NCBI GenBank assembly: GCA_964016885.1
Contig: OZ024744.1
Coordinates: 132,866,001 to 132,930,000, forward strand
DNA: 64,000 nucleotides
Reading direction: 5' to 3'
Source of the DNA: Eledone cirrhosa
Taxonomy: Eukaryota
Under the pieces are notes generated by a model. That model was not told the DNA's origin and did not search any database. It saw only the letters and a list, made by a program, of their open reading frames with translations. The first letter of the stretch is position 1; each line of letters opens with the position of its first letter. Shown piece after piece: positions 42,271 through 58,922 of this stretch. Position numbers and translations under genes: made by a program.

Positions 42271-43083
42271 CCCCATCTTAATATAACCTCAACTTAACTT
42301 AACCCCAACTTAACTCAACCCCAACTTAAATTAACCCCAACTTAACTTAACCCCAACTTAACTTAACCCCAACTTAATTAACCCCAACTTAAATTAACCC
42401 CAACTTAACTTAACACCAACTTAACGTAACCCCAACTTAATTTAACCCCAACTTAAATTAACCCCAACTTAACTTGCCCCCAACTTAACTTACCCCCAAC
42501 GTAACTTAACCCCAACTTAATTTAACCCCAACTTAATTTAACCCCAACTTAACTTAACCCCAAATTAACTCAACCCCAACTTAACTCAACCCCAACTTAA
42601 TTTAACCCCAACTTAACTTAACCCCAACTTAACTTAACCACAAATTAACTTAGCCCCAACTTAAATTAACCCCAACTTAACTCAACCACAACTTAACTTA
42701 ACCCCGACCTAACTTAACCCCAACTTAACTTAACCCCAACTTAACTTAACCCCAACTTCACTCAACCCCAACTTAACTCAACCCCAACTTAACCCCAACT
42801 TAACTTAACCCCAACTTAAATTAACCACAAAGTTAACTTAACCCCAATTTAAATTAACCCCAACTTAACTTAACCCCAACTTAACATAACCACCACTTAA
42901 TTAACCCCAACTTAACTCAACCCCAACTTAACTTAACCCTAACTTAACTTAACCCCAACTTAACCGCAACTTAACTTAACCCCAACTTAACTTACCCCCA
43001 ACTTAACTTACCCCCCAACTTAACTGAACCCCAACTTAAGTTAAGCCTAACTTAACTTAACGCCAACTTAACTTAACCCCGAC

Positions 43084-43259
43084 TTAGGGCTTAAGTTAAG
43101 TTGGGGCTAAGTTAAGTTGGGGTTAAGTCAAGTTGGAAGTTGTGGTTGAGTGAAGTTGGGGTTAAGTTAAGTTGGGGTTGAGTGAAGTTGGGGTTAAGTT
43201 AAGTTGGGGTTGAGTTACGTTGGGGTTGAGTGAAGTTGGGGTTAAGTTAAGTTGGGGTT
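43084..43259 (-). repeat. Inverted satellite cassette copy 7 (176 bp)
   Basis: Same junctions. GAGTTACG allele. The upstream C6 tract (TTACCCCCC) is shared with copy 1. Confidence 0.97.
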
Positions 43260-46200
43260 AACCCCAACTTAACTTAACCCCAACTTAACTTAACCCCAAC
43301 TTAACTTAACCCCAACTTAACTTAACCCCAACATAACTTAACCCCAACTTAAATTAACCCCAACTTAACTTAAACTCAACTTAACTAACCAACTTAACTT
43401 AACCCCAACTTAACTTAACCCCAACTTAACTTAACCCCAACTTAAATTAACCCCAACTTAACTTAACCCCAACTTAAATTAACCCCAACTTAACTTAACC
43501 CCAACTTAACTTAACCCCAACTTAACTTAACCCCATCTTAACGTAACCCCAACTTAACTTAACCCCAACTTAACTTAACCCCAACTTAAATTAACCCCAA
43601 CTTAACTTAACCCCAACTTAACTTAACCCCGACTTAACTTAACCCCAACTTAACTTAACCCCAACTTAACTTAACCCCAACTTAACCCCAACTTAACTTG
43701 ACCCCAACTTAACTTAACCCCAACTTAACTCAACCCCAACTTAACTTAACCCCAACTTAACTCAGCCCCAACTTAACTCAGCCCCAACTTAACTTAGCCC
43801 CAACTTAACTTAACACCAACTTAACTTAACCCCACCTTAACTTAACCCCAACTTAACTTAACCCCAACTTAACTTATCCCCAACTTAACTGAACCCCAAC
43901 TTAACTTAACCCCAACTTAATATAACCCCAACTTAACTTAACCCCAACTTAACTCAACCCCAACTTAAATTAACCCCAACTTAACTTAACCCCAACTTAA
44001 GTTAACCCCAACTTAATTAACCCCAACTTAAATTAACCCCAACTTAACTTAACACCAACTTAACGTAACCCCAACTTAATTTAACCCCAACTTAAATTAA
44101 CCCCAACTTAACTTGCCCCCAACTTAACTTACCCCCAACGTAACTTAACCCCAACTTAATTTAACCCCAACTTAATTTAACCCCAACTTAACTTAACCCC
44201 AAATTAACTCAACCCCAACTTAACTCAACCCCAACTTAACTTAACCCCAACTTAACTTAACCCCAACTTAACTTAACCACAAATTAACTTAGCCCCAACT
44301 TAAATTAACCCCAACTTAACTCAACCACAACTTAACTTAACCCCGACCTAACTTAACCCCAACTTAACTTAACCCCAACTTAACTTAACCCCAACTTCAC
44401 TCAACCTCAACTTAACTCAACCCCAACTTAACCCCAACTTAACTTAACCCCAACTTAAATTAACCACAAAGTTAACTTAACCCCAATTTAAATTAACCCC
44501 AACTTAACTTAACCCCAACTTAACATAACCACCACTTAATTAACCCCAACTTAACTTAACCCCAACTTAACCTAACCCCATCTTAACTTAACCCCAACTT
44601 AACTTAACCCCAACTTAACTTAACCCCAACTTAAATTAACCCCAACTTAACTTAACCCCAACTTAACTTAACCCCGACTTAACTTAACCCCAACTTAACT
44701 TAACCCCAACTTAACTTAACCCCAACTTAACTTAACCACAAATTAACTTAACCCCAACTTAACTTAACCCCAACTTAACTTAACCCCAACTTAACTTAAC
44801 CCCAACTTAACTTAACCCCAACTTAACTGAAACCTAACCTAACTTAACCCCAACTTAACCCCAATTTAACTTGACCCCAACTTAACTTAACCCCAACTTA
44901 ACTTAAACCTAACTTAACTTAACCCCAACTTAACCCCAACTTAACTTGACCCCAACTTAACTTAACCCCAACTTAACTCAGCCCCAACTTAACTCAGCCC
45001 CAACTTAACTTAGCCCCAACTTAACTTAACACCAACTTAACTTAACCCCAACTTAACTTAACCCCAACTTAACTTAACCCCAACTTAACTTATCCCCAAC
45101 TTAACTGAACTCCAACTTAACTCAACCCCAACTTAAATTAACCCCAACTTAACTTAACCCCAACTTAATTTAACCCCAACTTAATTAACCCCAACTTAAA
45201 TTAACCCCAACTTAACTTAACACCAACTTAACGTAACCACAACTTAACCTAACCCCATCTTAACTTAACCCCAACTTAACTTAACCCCAACTTAACTTAA
45301 CCCCAACTTAAATTAACCCCAACTTAACTTAACCCCAACTTAACTTAACCCCGACTTAACTTAACCCCAACTTAACTTAACCCCAACTTAACTTAACCCC
45401 AACTTAACTTAACCACAAATTAACTTAACCCCAACTTAACTTAACCCCAACTTAACTTAACCCCAACTTAACTTAACCCCAACTTAACTTAACCCCAACT
45501 TAACTAAACCCCAACTTAACTTAGCCCCAACTTAACTTAGCCCCAACTTAACTTAGCCCCAACTTAACTTAACCCCAACTTAACTTAACCGCACCTTAAC
45601 TTAACCTCAACTTAACTTAACTGCAACTTAACTTAACCCCAACTTAACTTAACCCCAACTTAACTCAAAACCAACTTAACTCAACCCCAACTTAACTCAA
45701 CCCCAATTTAACTCAACCCCAACTTAACTCAACCCCAACTTAACTTAACCCCAACTTAACTGAACCCTAACTTAACTTAACCCAGACTTAACTTAACCCC
45801 GACTTAACTTAACCCCAACTTAACTTAACCCCAACTTAACTTAACCCCAACTTAACTTAACCCCAACTTAATTTAACCCCATCTTAACCCCAACTTATCT
45901 TAACCCCAACTTAACTGAACCCCAACTTAATTTAACCCCAACTTAAATAAACCCCAACTTAACTTAACCCCAACTTAACTTAACCCCAGCTTAACTTAAC
46001 CCCAACTTAACTCAGCCCCAACTTAACTTAGCCCCAACTTAACTTAACCCCAACTTAACTTAACCCCAACTTAACTTAACCCCAACTTAACTTAACCCCA
46101 ACTTAACTTAACCCCAACTTAACTTAAACCCAACTTAACTTAACCCCAACTTAAATTATCCCCAACTTAACTTATCCTCAACTTAACTTAACCCCAACTT

Positions 46201-49200
46201 AACTTAACCCCAACTTAACTTAACCCCAACTTAATTTAACCCCAACTTAACTTAACCTCAACTTAACTTAACCCCAACTTAACTTAACCCCATCTTAACT
46301 TAACCCCAACTTAACTTAACCCCAACTTAACTTAACCCCAACTTAAATTAACCCCAACTTAACTTAACCCCAACTTAACTTAACCCCGACTTAACTTAAC
46401 CCCAACTTAACTTAACCCCAACTTAACTTAACCCCAACTTAACTTAACCACAAATTAACTTAACCCCAACTTAACTTAACCCCAACTTAACTTAACCCCA
46501 ACTTAACTTAACCCCAACTTAACTTAACCCCAACTTAACTTAACCCTAACTTAACTTAACCCCAACTTAACCCCGACTTAACTTGACCCCAACTTAACTT
46601 AACCCCAACTTAACTCAACCCCAACTTAACTTAACCCCAACTTAACTCAGCCCCAACTTAACTCAGCCCCAACTTAACTTAGCCACAACTTAACTTAACA
46701 CCAACTTAACTTAACCCCAACTTAACTTAACCCCAACTTAACTCAATGCCAACTTAAATTAACCCCATCTTAACTTAACCCCAACTTAACTTAACCCCAA
46801 CTTAATTAACCCCAACTTAAATTAACCCCAACTTAACTTAACACCAGCTTAACGTAACCCCAACTTAAATAAACCCCAACTTAAATTAACCCCAACTTAA
46901 CTTAACCCCAACTTAACTTAACCCCAACTTAACTCAGCCCCAACTTAACTTAGCCTCAACTTAACTTAACCCCAACTTAACTTAACCCCAACTTAACTTA
47001 TCCCCAACTTAACTTAACCCCAACTTAACTTAAACCCAACTTAACTTAACCCCAACTTAAATTATCCCCAACTTAACTTATCCCCAACTTAACTTAACCC
47101 CAACTTAACTTAACCCCAACTTAACTTAACCCCAACTTAATTTACCCCCAACTTAACTTAACCCCAACTTAACTTAACCACAAATTAACTTAACCCCAAC
47201 TTAACTTAACCCCAACTTAACTTAACCCCAACTTAACTTAACCCCAACTTAACTTAACCCCAACTTAACTTAAACCTAACTTAACTTAACCCCAACTTAA
47301 CCCCAACTTAACTTGACCCCAACTTAACTTAACCCCAACTTAACTCAACCCCAACTTAAATTAACCCCAACTTAACTCAGCCCCAACTTAACTCAGCCCC
47401 AACTTAACTTAGCCCCAACTTAACTTAACCCCAACTTAACCTATCCCCAACTTAACTGAACCCCAACTTAACTTAACCCCAACTTAATATAACCCCAACT
47501 TAACTTAACCCCAACTTAACTCAACCCCAACTTAAATTAACCCCAACTTAACTTAACCCCAACTTAACTTAACCCCAACTTAATTAACCCCAACTTAAAT
47601 TAACCCCAACTTAACTTAACACCAACTTAACGTAACCCCAACTTAATTTAACCCCAACTTAAATTAACCCCAACTTAACTTGCCCCCAACTTAACTTACC
47701 CCCAACTTAACTTAACCCCAACTTAATTTAACCCCAACTTAATTTAAGCCCAAATTAACTTAAACCCAACTTAAATTAACCCCAACTTAACTTAACCCCA
47801 AATTAACTCAACCCCAACTTAACTCAACCCCAACTTAACTTAACCCCAAATTAACTTAACCACAAATTAACTTAGCCCCAACTTAAATTAACCCCAACTT
47901 AACTCAACCACAACTTAACTTAACCCCGACTTAACTTAACCCCACCTTAACTTAACCTCAACTTAACTTAACTGCAACTTAACTTAACCCCAACTTAACT
48001 TAACCCCAACTTAACTCAACACCAACTTAACTCAACCCCAACTTAACTCAACCCCAATTTAACTCAACCCCAACTTAACTCAACCCCAACTTAACTTAAC
48101 CCCAACTTAACTTAACCCCGACTTAACTTAACCCCGACTTAACTTAACCCCAACTTAACTTAACCCCAACTTAACTTAACCCCAACTTAACTTAACCCCA
48201 ACTTAATTTAACCCCATCTTAACCCCAACTTAACTTAACCCCAACTTAACTGAACCCCAACTTAACTTAACCCCAACTTATATAAACCCCAACTTAACTT
48301 AACCCCAACTTAACTTAACCCCAACTTAACTTAACCCCAACTTAACTCAGCCCCAACTTAACTTAGCCCCAACTTAACTTAACCCCAACTTAACTTAACC
48401 CCAACTTAACTTAACCCCAACTTAATTTAACCCCAACTTAACTTAACCCCAACTTAACTTAAACCCAACTTAACTTAACCCCAACTTAAATTATCCCCAA
48501 CTTAACTTATCCCCAACTTAACTTAACCCCAACTTAACTTAACCCCAACTTAACTCAACACCAACTTAACTCAACCGCAACTTAACTCAACGCCAATTTA
48601 ACTCAACCCCAACTTAACTCAACCCCAACTTAACTTAACCCCAACTTAACTGAACCCTAACTTAACTTAACCCCGACTTAAATTAACCCCGACTTAACTT
48701 AACCCCAACTTAACTTAACCCCAACTTAACTTAACCCCAACTTAACTTAACCCCAACTTAACTTAACCCCAACTTAAATTAACCCCAACTTAACTTAAAC
48801 TCAACTTAACTAACCAACTTAACTTAACCCCAACTTAACTTGACCCCAACTTAACTTAACCCCAACTTAACTTAAACCCAACTTAACTTAACCCCAACTT
48901 AACTTAGCCCCAACTTAACTTAACCCCAACTTAACTTAACCCCAAATTAAATTAACCTCAACTTAACTTAACCCCAACTTAACTTAACCCCGACTTAACT
49001 TAACCCCAACTTAACTTAACCCCAACTTAACTTAGCCCCAACTTAACTTAGCCCCAACTTAACTTAGCCCCAACTTAACTTAACCCCAACTTAACTTAAC
49101 CGCACCTTAACTTAACCTCAACTTAACTTAACTGCAACTTAACTTAACCCCAACTTAACTTAACCCCAACTTAACTCAAAACCAACTTAACTCAACCCCA

Positions 49201-52200
49201 ACTTAACTCAACCCCAATTTAACTCAACCCCAAGTTAACTCAACCCCAACTTAACTTAACCCCAACTTAACTGAACCCTAACTTAACTTAACCCCGACTT
49301 AACTTAACCCCGACTTAACTTAACCCCAACTTAACTTAACCCCAACTTAACTTAACCCCAACTTAACTTAACCCCAACTTAATTTAACCCCATCTTAACC
49401 CCAACTTATCTTAACCCCAACTTAACTGAACCCCAACTTAATTTAACCCCAACTTAAATAAACCCCAACTTAACTTAACCCCAACTTAACTTAACCCCAG
49501 CTTAACTTAACCCCAACTTAACTCAGCCCCAACTTAACTTAGCCCCAACTTAACTTAACCCCAACTTAACTTAACCCCAACTTAACTTAACCCCAACTTA
49601 ACTTAACCCCAACTTAACTTAACCCCAACTTAACTTAAACCCAACTTAACTTAACCCCAACTTAAATTATCCCCAACTTAACTTATCCTCAACTTAACTT
49701 AACCCCAACTTAACTTAACCCCAACTTAACTTAACCCCAACTTAATTTAACCCCAACTTAACTTAACCTCAACTTAACTTAACCCCAACTTAACTTAACC
49801 CCATCTTAACTTAACCCCAACTTAACTTAACCCCAACTTAACTTAACCCCAACTTAAATTAACCCCAACTTAACTTAACCCCAACTTAACTCAGCCCCAA
49901 CTTAACTTAGCCTGAACTTAACTTAACCCCAACTTAACTTAACCCCAACTTAACTTATCCCCAACTTAACTTAACCCCAACTTAACTTAAACCCAACTTA
50001 ACTTAACCCCAACTTAAATTATCCCCAACTTAACTTATCCCCAACTTAACTTAACCCCAACTTAACTTAACCCCAACTTAACTTAACCCCAACTTAATTT
50101 AACCCCAACTTAACTTAACCCCAACTTAACTTAACCACAAATTAACTTAACCCCAACTTAACTTAACCCCAACTTAACTTAACCCCAACTTAACTTAACC
50201 CCAACTTAACTTAACCCCAACTTAACTTAAACCTAACTTAACTTAACCCCAACTTAACCCCAACTTAACTTGACCCCAACTTAACTTAACCCCAACTTAA
50301 CTCAACCCCAACTTAAATTAACCCCAACTTAACTCAGCCCCAACTTAACTCAGCCCCAACTTAACTTAGCCCCAACTTAACTTAACCCCAACTTAACCTA
50401 TCCCCAACTTAACTGAACCCCAACTTAACTTAACCCCAACTTAATATAACCCCAACTTAACTTAACCCCAACTTAACTCAACCCCAACTTAAATTAACCC
50501 CAACTTAACTTAACCCCAACTTAACTTAACCCCAACTTAATTAACCCCAACTTAAATTAACCCCAACTTAACTTAACACCAACTTAACGTAACCCCAACT
50601 TAATTTAACCCCAACTTAAATTAACCCCAACTTAACTTGCCCCCAACTTAACTTACCCCCAACTTAACTTAAACCCAACTTAAATTAACCCCAACTTAAC
50701 TTAACCCCAAATTAACTCAACCCCAACTTAACTCAACCCCAACTTAACTTAACCCCAAATTAACTTAACCACAAATTAACTTAGCCCCAACTTAAATTAA
50801 CCCCAACTTAACTCAACCACAACTTAACTTAACCCCGACTTAACTTAACCCCACCTTAACTTAACCTCAACTTAACTTAACTGCAACTTAACTTAACCCC
50901 AACTTAACTTAACCCCAACTTAACTCAACACCAACTTAACTCAACCCCAACTTAACTCAACCCCAATTTAACTCAACCCCAACTTAACTCAACCCCAACT
51001 TAACTTAACCCCAACTTAACTGAACCCTAACTTAACTTAACCCCGACTTAACTTAACCCCGACTTAACTTAACCCCAACTTAACTTAACCCCAACTTAAC
51101 TTAACCCCAACTTAACTTAACCCCAACTTAATTTAACCCCATCTTAACCCCAACTTAACTTAACCCCAACTTAACTGAACCCCAACTTAACTTAACCCCA
51201 ACTTATATAAACCCCAACTTAACTTAACCCCAACTTAACTTAACCCCAACTTAACTTAACCCCAACTTAACTCAGCCCCAACTTAACTTAGCCCCAACTT
51301 AACTTAACCCCAACTTAACTTAACCCCAACTTAACTTAACCCCAACTTAATTTAACCCCAACTTAACTTAACCCCAACTTAACTTAAACCCAACTTAACT
51401 TAACCCCAACTTAAATTATCCCCAACTTAACTTATCCCCAACTTAACTTAACCCCAACTTAACTTAACCCCAACTTAACTCAACACCAACTTAACTCAAC
51501 CGCAACTTAACTCAACGCCAATTTAACTCAACCCCAACTTAACTCAACCCCAACTTAACTTAACCCCAACTTAACTGAACCCTAACTTAACTTAACCCCG
51601 ACTTAAATTAACCCCGACTTAACTTAACCCCAACTTAACTTAACCCCAACTTAACTTAACCCCAACTTAACTTAACCCCAACTTAACTTAACCCCAACTT
51701 AAATTAACCCCAACTTAACTTAAACTCAACTTAACTAACCAACTTAACTTAACCCCAACTTAACTTGACCCCAACTTAACTTAACCCCAACTTAACTTAA
51801 ACCCAACTTAACTTAACCCCAACTTAACTTAGCCCCAACTTAACTTAACCCCAACTTAACTTAACCCCAAATTAAATTAACCTCAACTTAACTTAACCCC
51901 AACTTAACTTAACCCCGACTTAACTTAACCCCAACTTAACTTAACCCCAACTTAACTTAGCCCCAACTTAAATTAGCCCCAACTTAACTTAGCCCCAACT
52001 TAACTTAACCCCAACTTAACTTAACCGCACCTTAACTTAACCTCAACTTAACTTAACTGCAACTTAACTTAACCCCAACTTAACTTAACCCCAACTTAAC
52101 TCAAAACCAACTTAACTCAACCCCAACTTAACTCAACCCCAATTTAACTCAACCCCAACTTAACTCAACCCCAACTTAACTTAACCCCAACTTAACTGAA

Positions 52201-55200
52201 CCCTAACTTAACTTAACCCCGACTTAACTTAACCCCGACTTAACTTAACCCCAACTTAACTTAACCCCAACTTAACTTAACCCCAACTTAACTTAACCCC
52301 AACTTAATTTAACCCCATCTTAACCCCAACTTATCTTAACCCCAACTTAACTGAACCCCAACTTAATTTAACCCCAACTTAAATAAACCCCAACTTAACT
52401 TAACCCCAACTTAACTTAACCCCAGCTTAACTTAACCCCAACTTAACTCAGCCCCAACTTAACTTAGCCCCAACTTAACTTAACCCCAACTTAACTTAAC
52501 CCCAACTTAACTTAACCCCAACTTAACTTAACCCCAACTTAACTTAAACCCAACTTAACTTAACCCCAACTTAAATTATCCCCAACTTAACTTATCCTCA
52601 ACTTAACTTAACCCCAACTTAACTTAACCCCAACTTAACTTAACCCCAACTTAATTTAACCCCAACTTAACTTAACCTCAACTTAACTTAACCACAACTT
52701 AACTTAACCCCATCTTAACTTAACCCCAACTTAACTTAACCCCAACTTAACTTAACCCCAACTTAAATTAACCCCAACTTAACTTAACCCCAACTTAACT
52801 TAACCCCGACTTAACTTAACCCCAACTTAACTTAACCCCAACTTAACTTAACCCCAACTTAACTTAACCACAAATTAACTTAACCCCAACTTAACTTAAC
52901 CCCAACTTAACTTAACCCCAACTTAACTTAACCCCAACTTAACTTAACCCCAACTTAACTTAACCCTAACTTAACTTAACCCCAACTTAACCCCGACTTA
53001 ACTTGACCCCAACTTAACTTAACCCCAACTTAACTCAACCCCAACTTAACTTAACCCCAACTTAACTCAGCCCCAACTTAACTCAGCCCCAACTTAACTT
53101 AGCCACAACTTAACTTAACACCAACTTAACTTAACCCCAACTTAACTTAACCCCAACTTAACTCAATCCCAACTTAAATTAACCCCATCTTAACTTAACC
53201 CCAACTTAACTTAACCCCAACTTAATTAACCCCAACTTAAATTAACCCCAACTTAACTTAACACCAACTTAACGTAACCCCAACTTAAATAAACCCCAAC
53301 TTAAATTAACCCCAACTTAACTTAACCCCAACTTAACTTAACCCCAACTTAACTCAGCCCCAACTTAACTTAGCCTCAACTTAACTTAACCCCAACTTAA
53401 CTTAACCCCAACTTAACTTATCCCCAACTTAACTTAACCCCAACTTAACTTAAACCCAACTTAACTTAACCCCAACTTAAATTATCCCCAACTTAACTTA
53501 TCCCCAACTTAACGTAACCCCAACTTAACTTAACCCCAACTTAACTTAACCCCAACTTAATTTAACCCCAACTTAACTTAACCCCAACTTAACTTAACCA
53601 CAAATTAACTTAACCCCAACTTAACTTAACCCCAACTTAACTTAAACCCAACTTAACTTAACCCCAACTTAACTTAACCCCAACTTAACTTAAACCTAAC
53701 TTAACTTAACCCCAACTTAACCCCAACTTAACTTGACCCCAACTTAACTTAACCCCAACTTAACTCAACCCCAACTTAAATTAACCCCAACTTAACTCAG
53801 CCCCAACTTAACTCAGCCCCAACTTAACTCAGCCCCAACTTAACTTAGCCCCAACTTAACTTAACCCCAACTTAACCTATCCCCAACTTAACTGAACCCC
53901 AACTTAACTTAACCCCAACTTAATATAACCCCAACTTAACTTAACGCCGACTTAACTCAACCCCAACTTAAATTAACCCCAACTTAACTTAACCCCAACT
54001 TAACTTAACCCCAACTTAATTAACCCCAACTTAAATTAACCCCAACTTAACTTAACACCAACTTAACGTAACCCCAACTTAATTTAACCCCAACTTAACT
54101 TAACCCCAAATTAACTCAACCCCAACTTAACTCAACCCCAACTTAACTTAACCCCAAATTAACTTAACCACAAATTAACTTAGCCCCAACTTAAATTAAC
54201 CCCAACTTAACTCAACCACAACTTAACTTAACCCCGACTTAACTTAACCCCACCTTAACTTAACCTCAACTTAACTTAACTGCAACTTAACTTAACCCCA
54301 ACTTAACTTAACCCCAACTTAACTCAACACCAACTTAACTCAACCCCAACTTAACTCAACCCCAATTTAACTCAACCCCAACTTAACTCAACCCCAACTT
54401 AACTTAACCCCAACTTAACTGAACCCTAACTTAACTTAACCCCGACTTAACTTAACCCCGACTTAACTTAACCCCAACTTAACTTAACCCCAACTTAACT
54501 TAACCCCAACTTAACTTAACCCCAACTTAATTTAACCCCATCTTAACCCCAACTTAACTTAACCCCAACTTAACTGAACCCCAACTTAACTTAACCCCAA
54601 CTTATATAAACCCCAACTTAACTTAACCCCAACTTAACTTAACCCCAACTTAACTTAACCCCAACTTAACTCAGCCCCAACTTAACTTAGCCCCAACTTA
54701 ACTTAACCCCAACTTAACTTAACCCCAACTTAACTTAACCCCAACTTAATTTAACCCCAACTTAACTTAACCCCAACTTAACTTAAACCCAACTTAACTT
54801 AACCCCAACTTAAATTATCCCCAACTTAACTTATCCCCAACTTAACTTAACCCCAACTTAACTTAACCCCAACTTAACTTAACCCCAACTTAATTTAACC
54901 CCAACTTAACTTAACCTCAACTTAACTTAACCCCAACTTAACTTAACCCCATCTTAACTTAACCCCAACTTAACTTAACCCCAACTTAACTTAACCCCAA
55001 CTTAAATTAACCCCAACTTAACTTAACCCCAACTTAACTTAACCCCGACTTAACTTAACCCCAACTTAACTTAACCCCAACTTAACTTAACCCCAACTTA
55101 ACTTAACCACAAATTAACTTAACCCCAACTTAACTTAACCCCAACTTAACTTAACCCCAACGTAACCCCAACTTAACTTGACCCCAACTTAACTTAACCC

Positions 55201-56201
55201 CAACTTAACTCAACCCCAACTTAACTTAATCCCAACTTAACTCAGCCCCAACTTAACTCAGCCCCAACTTAACTTAGCCCCAACTTAACTCAACACCAAC
55301 TTAACTTAACCCCACCTTAACTTAACCCCAACTTAACTTAACCCCAACTTAACTTATCCCCAACTTAACTGAACCCCAACTTAACTTAACCCCAACTTAA
55401 TATAACCCCAAATTAACTTAACCCCAACTTAACTCAACCCCAACTTAAATTAACCCCAACTTAACTTAACCCCAACTTAACTTAACCCCAACTTAATTAA
55501 CCCCAACTTAAATTAACCCCAACTTAACTTAACACCAACTTAACGTAACCCCAACTTAATTTAACCCCAACTTAAATTAACCCCAACTTAACTTGCCCCC
55601 AAATTAACTTACCCCCAACTTAATTTAACCCCAACTTAATTTAACCCCAACTTAACTTAAACCCAACTTAACTTAACCCCAACTTAACTTAACCCCAAAT
55701 TAACTCAACCCCAACTTAACTCAACCCCAACTTAACTTAACCCCAACTTAACTTAACCCCAACTTAACTTAACCACAAATTAACTTAGCCCCAACTTAAA
55801 TTAACCCCAACTTAAATCAACCACAACTTAACTTAACCCCGACTAAACTTAACCCCAACTTAACTTAACCCCAACTTCACTCAACCCCAACTTAACTCAA
55901 CCCCAACTTAACCCCAACTTAACTTAACCCCAACTTAACTTAACCACAAAGTTAACTTAACCCCAATTTAAATTAACCCCAACTTAACTTAACCCCAACT
56001 TAACATAACCACCACTTAATTAACCCCAACTTAACTCAACCCCAACTTAACTTAACCCTAACTTAACTTAACCCCAACTTAACCGCAACTTAACTTAACC
56101 CCACCTTAACTTACCCCCAACTTAACTTACCCCCAACTTAACTGAACCCCAACTTAAGTTAAGCCTAACTTAACTTAACGCCAACTTAACTTAACCCCGA
56201 C

Positions 56202-56377
56202 TTAGGGCTTCAGTTAAGTTGGGGCTAAGTTAAGTTGGGGTTAAGTCAAGTTGGAAGTTGGGGTTGAGTGAAGTTGGGGTTAAGTTAAGTTGGGGTTGAG
56301 TGAAGTTGGGGTTAAGTTAAGTTGGGGTTGAGTTACGTTGGGGTTGAGTGAAGTTGGGGTTAAGTTAAGTTCGGGTT
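56202..56377 (-). repeat. Inverted satellite cassette copy 8 (176 bp)
   Basis: TTAGGGCTTCAG start, GGAAGTTGGGG instead of GGAAGTTGTGG, GAGTTACG allele, private TTCGGG at the right junction. Confidence 0.97.
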
Positions 56378-58922
56378 AACCCCAACTTAACTTAACCCCA
56401 ACTTAACTTAACCCCAACTTAACTTAACCCCAACTTAACTTAACCCCAACATAACTTAACCCCAACTTAAATTAACCCCAACTTAACTTAAACTCAACTT
56501 AACTAACCAACTTAACTTAACCCCAACTTAACTTAACCCCAACTTAACTTAACCCCAACTTAACTTAAACCCAACTTAACTTAACCCCAACTTAACTTAA
56601 CCCCAACTTAACTTAACCCCGACTTAACTTAACCCCAACTTAAATTAACCCCAACTTAACTTAACCCCAACTTAACTTAACCCCGACTTAACTTAACCCC
56701 AACTTAACTTAACCCCAACTTAACTTAGCCCCAACTTAACTTAACCCCAACTTAATTTAACCCCAACTTAATTTAAGCCCAAATTAACTTAAACCCAACT
56801 TAAATTAACCCCAACTTAACTTAACCCCAAATTAACTCAACCCCAACTTAACTCAACCCCAACTTAACTTAACCCCAAATTAACTTAACCACAAATTAAC
56901 TTAGCCCCAACTTAAATTAACCCCAACTTAACTCAACCACAACTTAACTTAACCCCGACTTAACTTAACCCCACCTTAACTTAACCTCAACTTAACTTAA
57001 CTGCAACTTAACTTAACCCCAACTTAACTTAACCCCAACTTAACTCAACACCAACTTAACTCAACCCCAACTTAACTCAACCCCAATTTAACTCAACCCC
57101 AACTTAACTCAACCCCAACTTAACTTAACCCCAACTTAACTGAACCCTAACTTAACTTAACCCCGACTTAACTTAACCCCGACTTAACTTAACCCCAACT
57201 TAACTTAACCCCAACTTAACTTAACCCCAACTTAACTTAACCCCAACTTAATTTAACCCCATCTTAACCCCAACTTAACTTAACCCCAACTTAACTGAAC
57301 CCCAACTTAACTTAACCCCAACTTATATAAACCCCAACTTAACTTAACCCCAACTTAACTTAACCCCAACTTAACTTAACCCCAACTTAACTCAGCCCCA
57401 ACTTAACTTAGCCCCAACTTAACTTAACCCCAACTTAACTTAACCCCAACTTAACTTAACCCCAACTTAATTTAACCCCAACTTAACTTAACCCCAACTT
57501 AACTTAAACCCAACTTAACTTAACCCCAACTTAAATTATCCCCAACTTAACTTATCCCCAACTTAACTTAACCCCAACTTAACTTAACCCCAACTTAACT
57601 TAACCCCAACTTAATTTAACCCCAACTTAACTTAACCTCAACTTAACTTAACCCCAACTTAACTTAACCCCATCTTAACTTAACCCCAACTTAACTTAAC
57701 CCCAACTTAACTTAACCCCAACTTAAATTAACCCCAACTTAACTTAACCCCAACTTAACTTAACCCCGACTTAACTTAACCCCAACTTAACTTAACCCCA
57801 ACTTAACTTAACCCCAACTTAACTTAACCACAAATTAACTTAACCCCAACTTAACTTAACCCCAACTTAACTTAACCCCAACGTAACCCCAACTTAACTT
57901 GACCCCAACTTAACTTAACCCCAACTTAACTCAACCCCAACTTAACTTAATCCCAACTTAACTCAGCCCCAACTTAACTCAGCCCCAACTTAACTTAGCC
58001 CCAACTTAACTCAACACCAACTTAACTTAACCCCACCTTAACTTAACCCCAACTTAACTTAACCCCAACTTAACTTATCCCCAACTTAACTGAACCCCAA
58101 CTTAACTTAACCCCAACTTAATATAACCCCAAATTAACTTAACCCCAACTTAACTCAACCCCAACTTAAAATAACCCCAACTTAACTTAACCCCAACTTA
58201 ACTTAACCCCAACTTAATTAACCCCAACTTAAATTAACCCCAACTTAACTTAACACCAACTTAACGTAACCCCAACTTAATTTAACCCCAACTTAAATTA
58301 ACCCCAACTTAACTTGCCCCCAAATTAACTTACCCCCAACTTAATTTAACCCCAACTTAATTTAACCCCAACTTAACTTAAACCCAACTTAACTTAACCC
58401 CAACTTAACTTAACCCCAAATTAACTCAACCCCAACTTAACTCAACCCCAACTTAACTTAACCCCAACTTAACTTAACCCCAACTTAACTTAACCACAAA
58501 TTAACTTAGCCCCAACTTAAATTAACCCCAACTTAAATCAACCACAACTTAACTTAACCCCGACTAAACTTAACCCCAACTTAACTTAACCCCAACTTCA
58601 CTCAACCCCAACTTAACTCAACCCCAACTTAACCCCAACTTAACTTAACCCCAACTTAACTTAACCACAAAGTTAACTTAACCCCAATTTAAATTAACCC
58701 CAACTTAACTTAACCCCAACTTAACATAACCACCACTTAATTAACCCCAACTGAACTCAACCCCAACTTAACTTAACCCTAACTTAACTTAACCCCAACT
58801 TAACCGCAACTTAACTTAACCCCACCTTAACTTACCCCCAACTTAACTTACCCCCAACTTAACTGAACCCCAACTTAAGTTAAGCTTAACTTAACTTAAC
58901 GCCAACTTAACTTAACCCCGAC

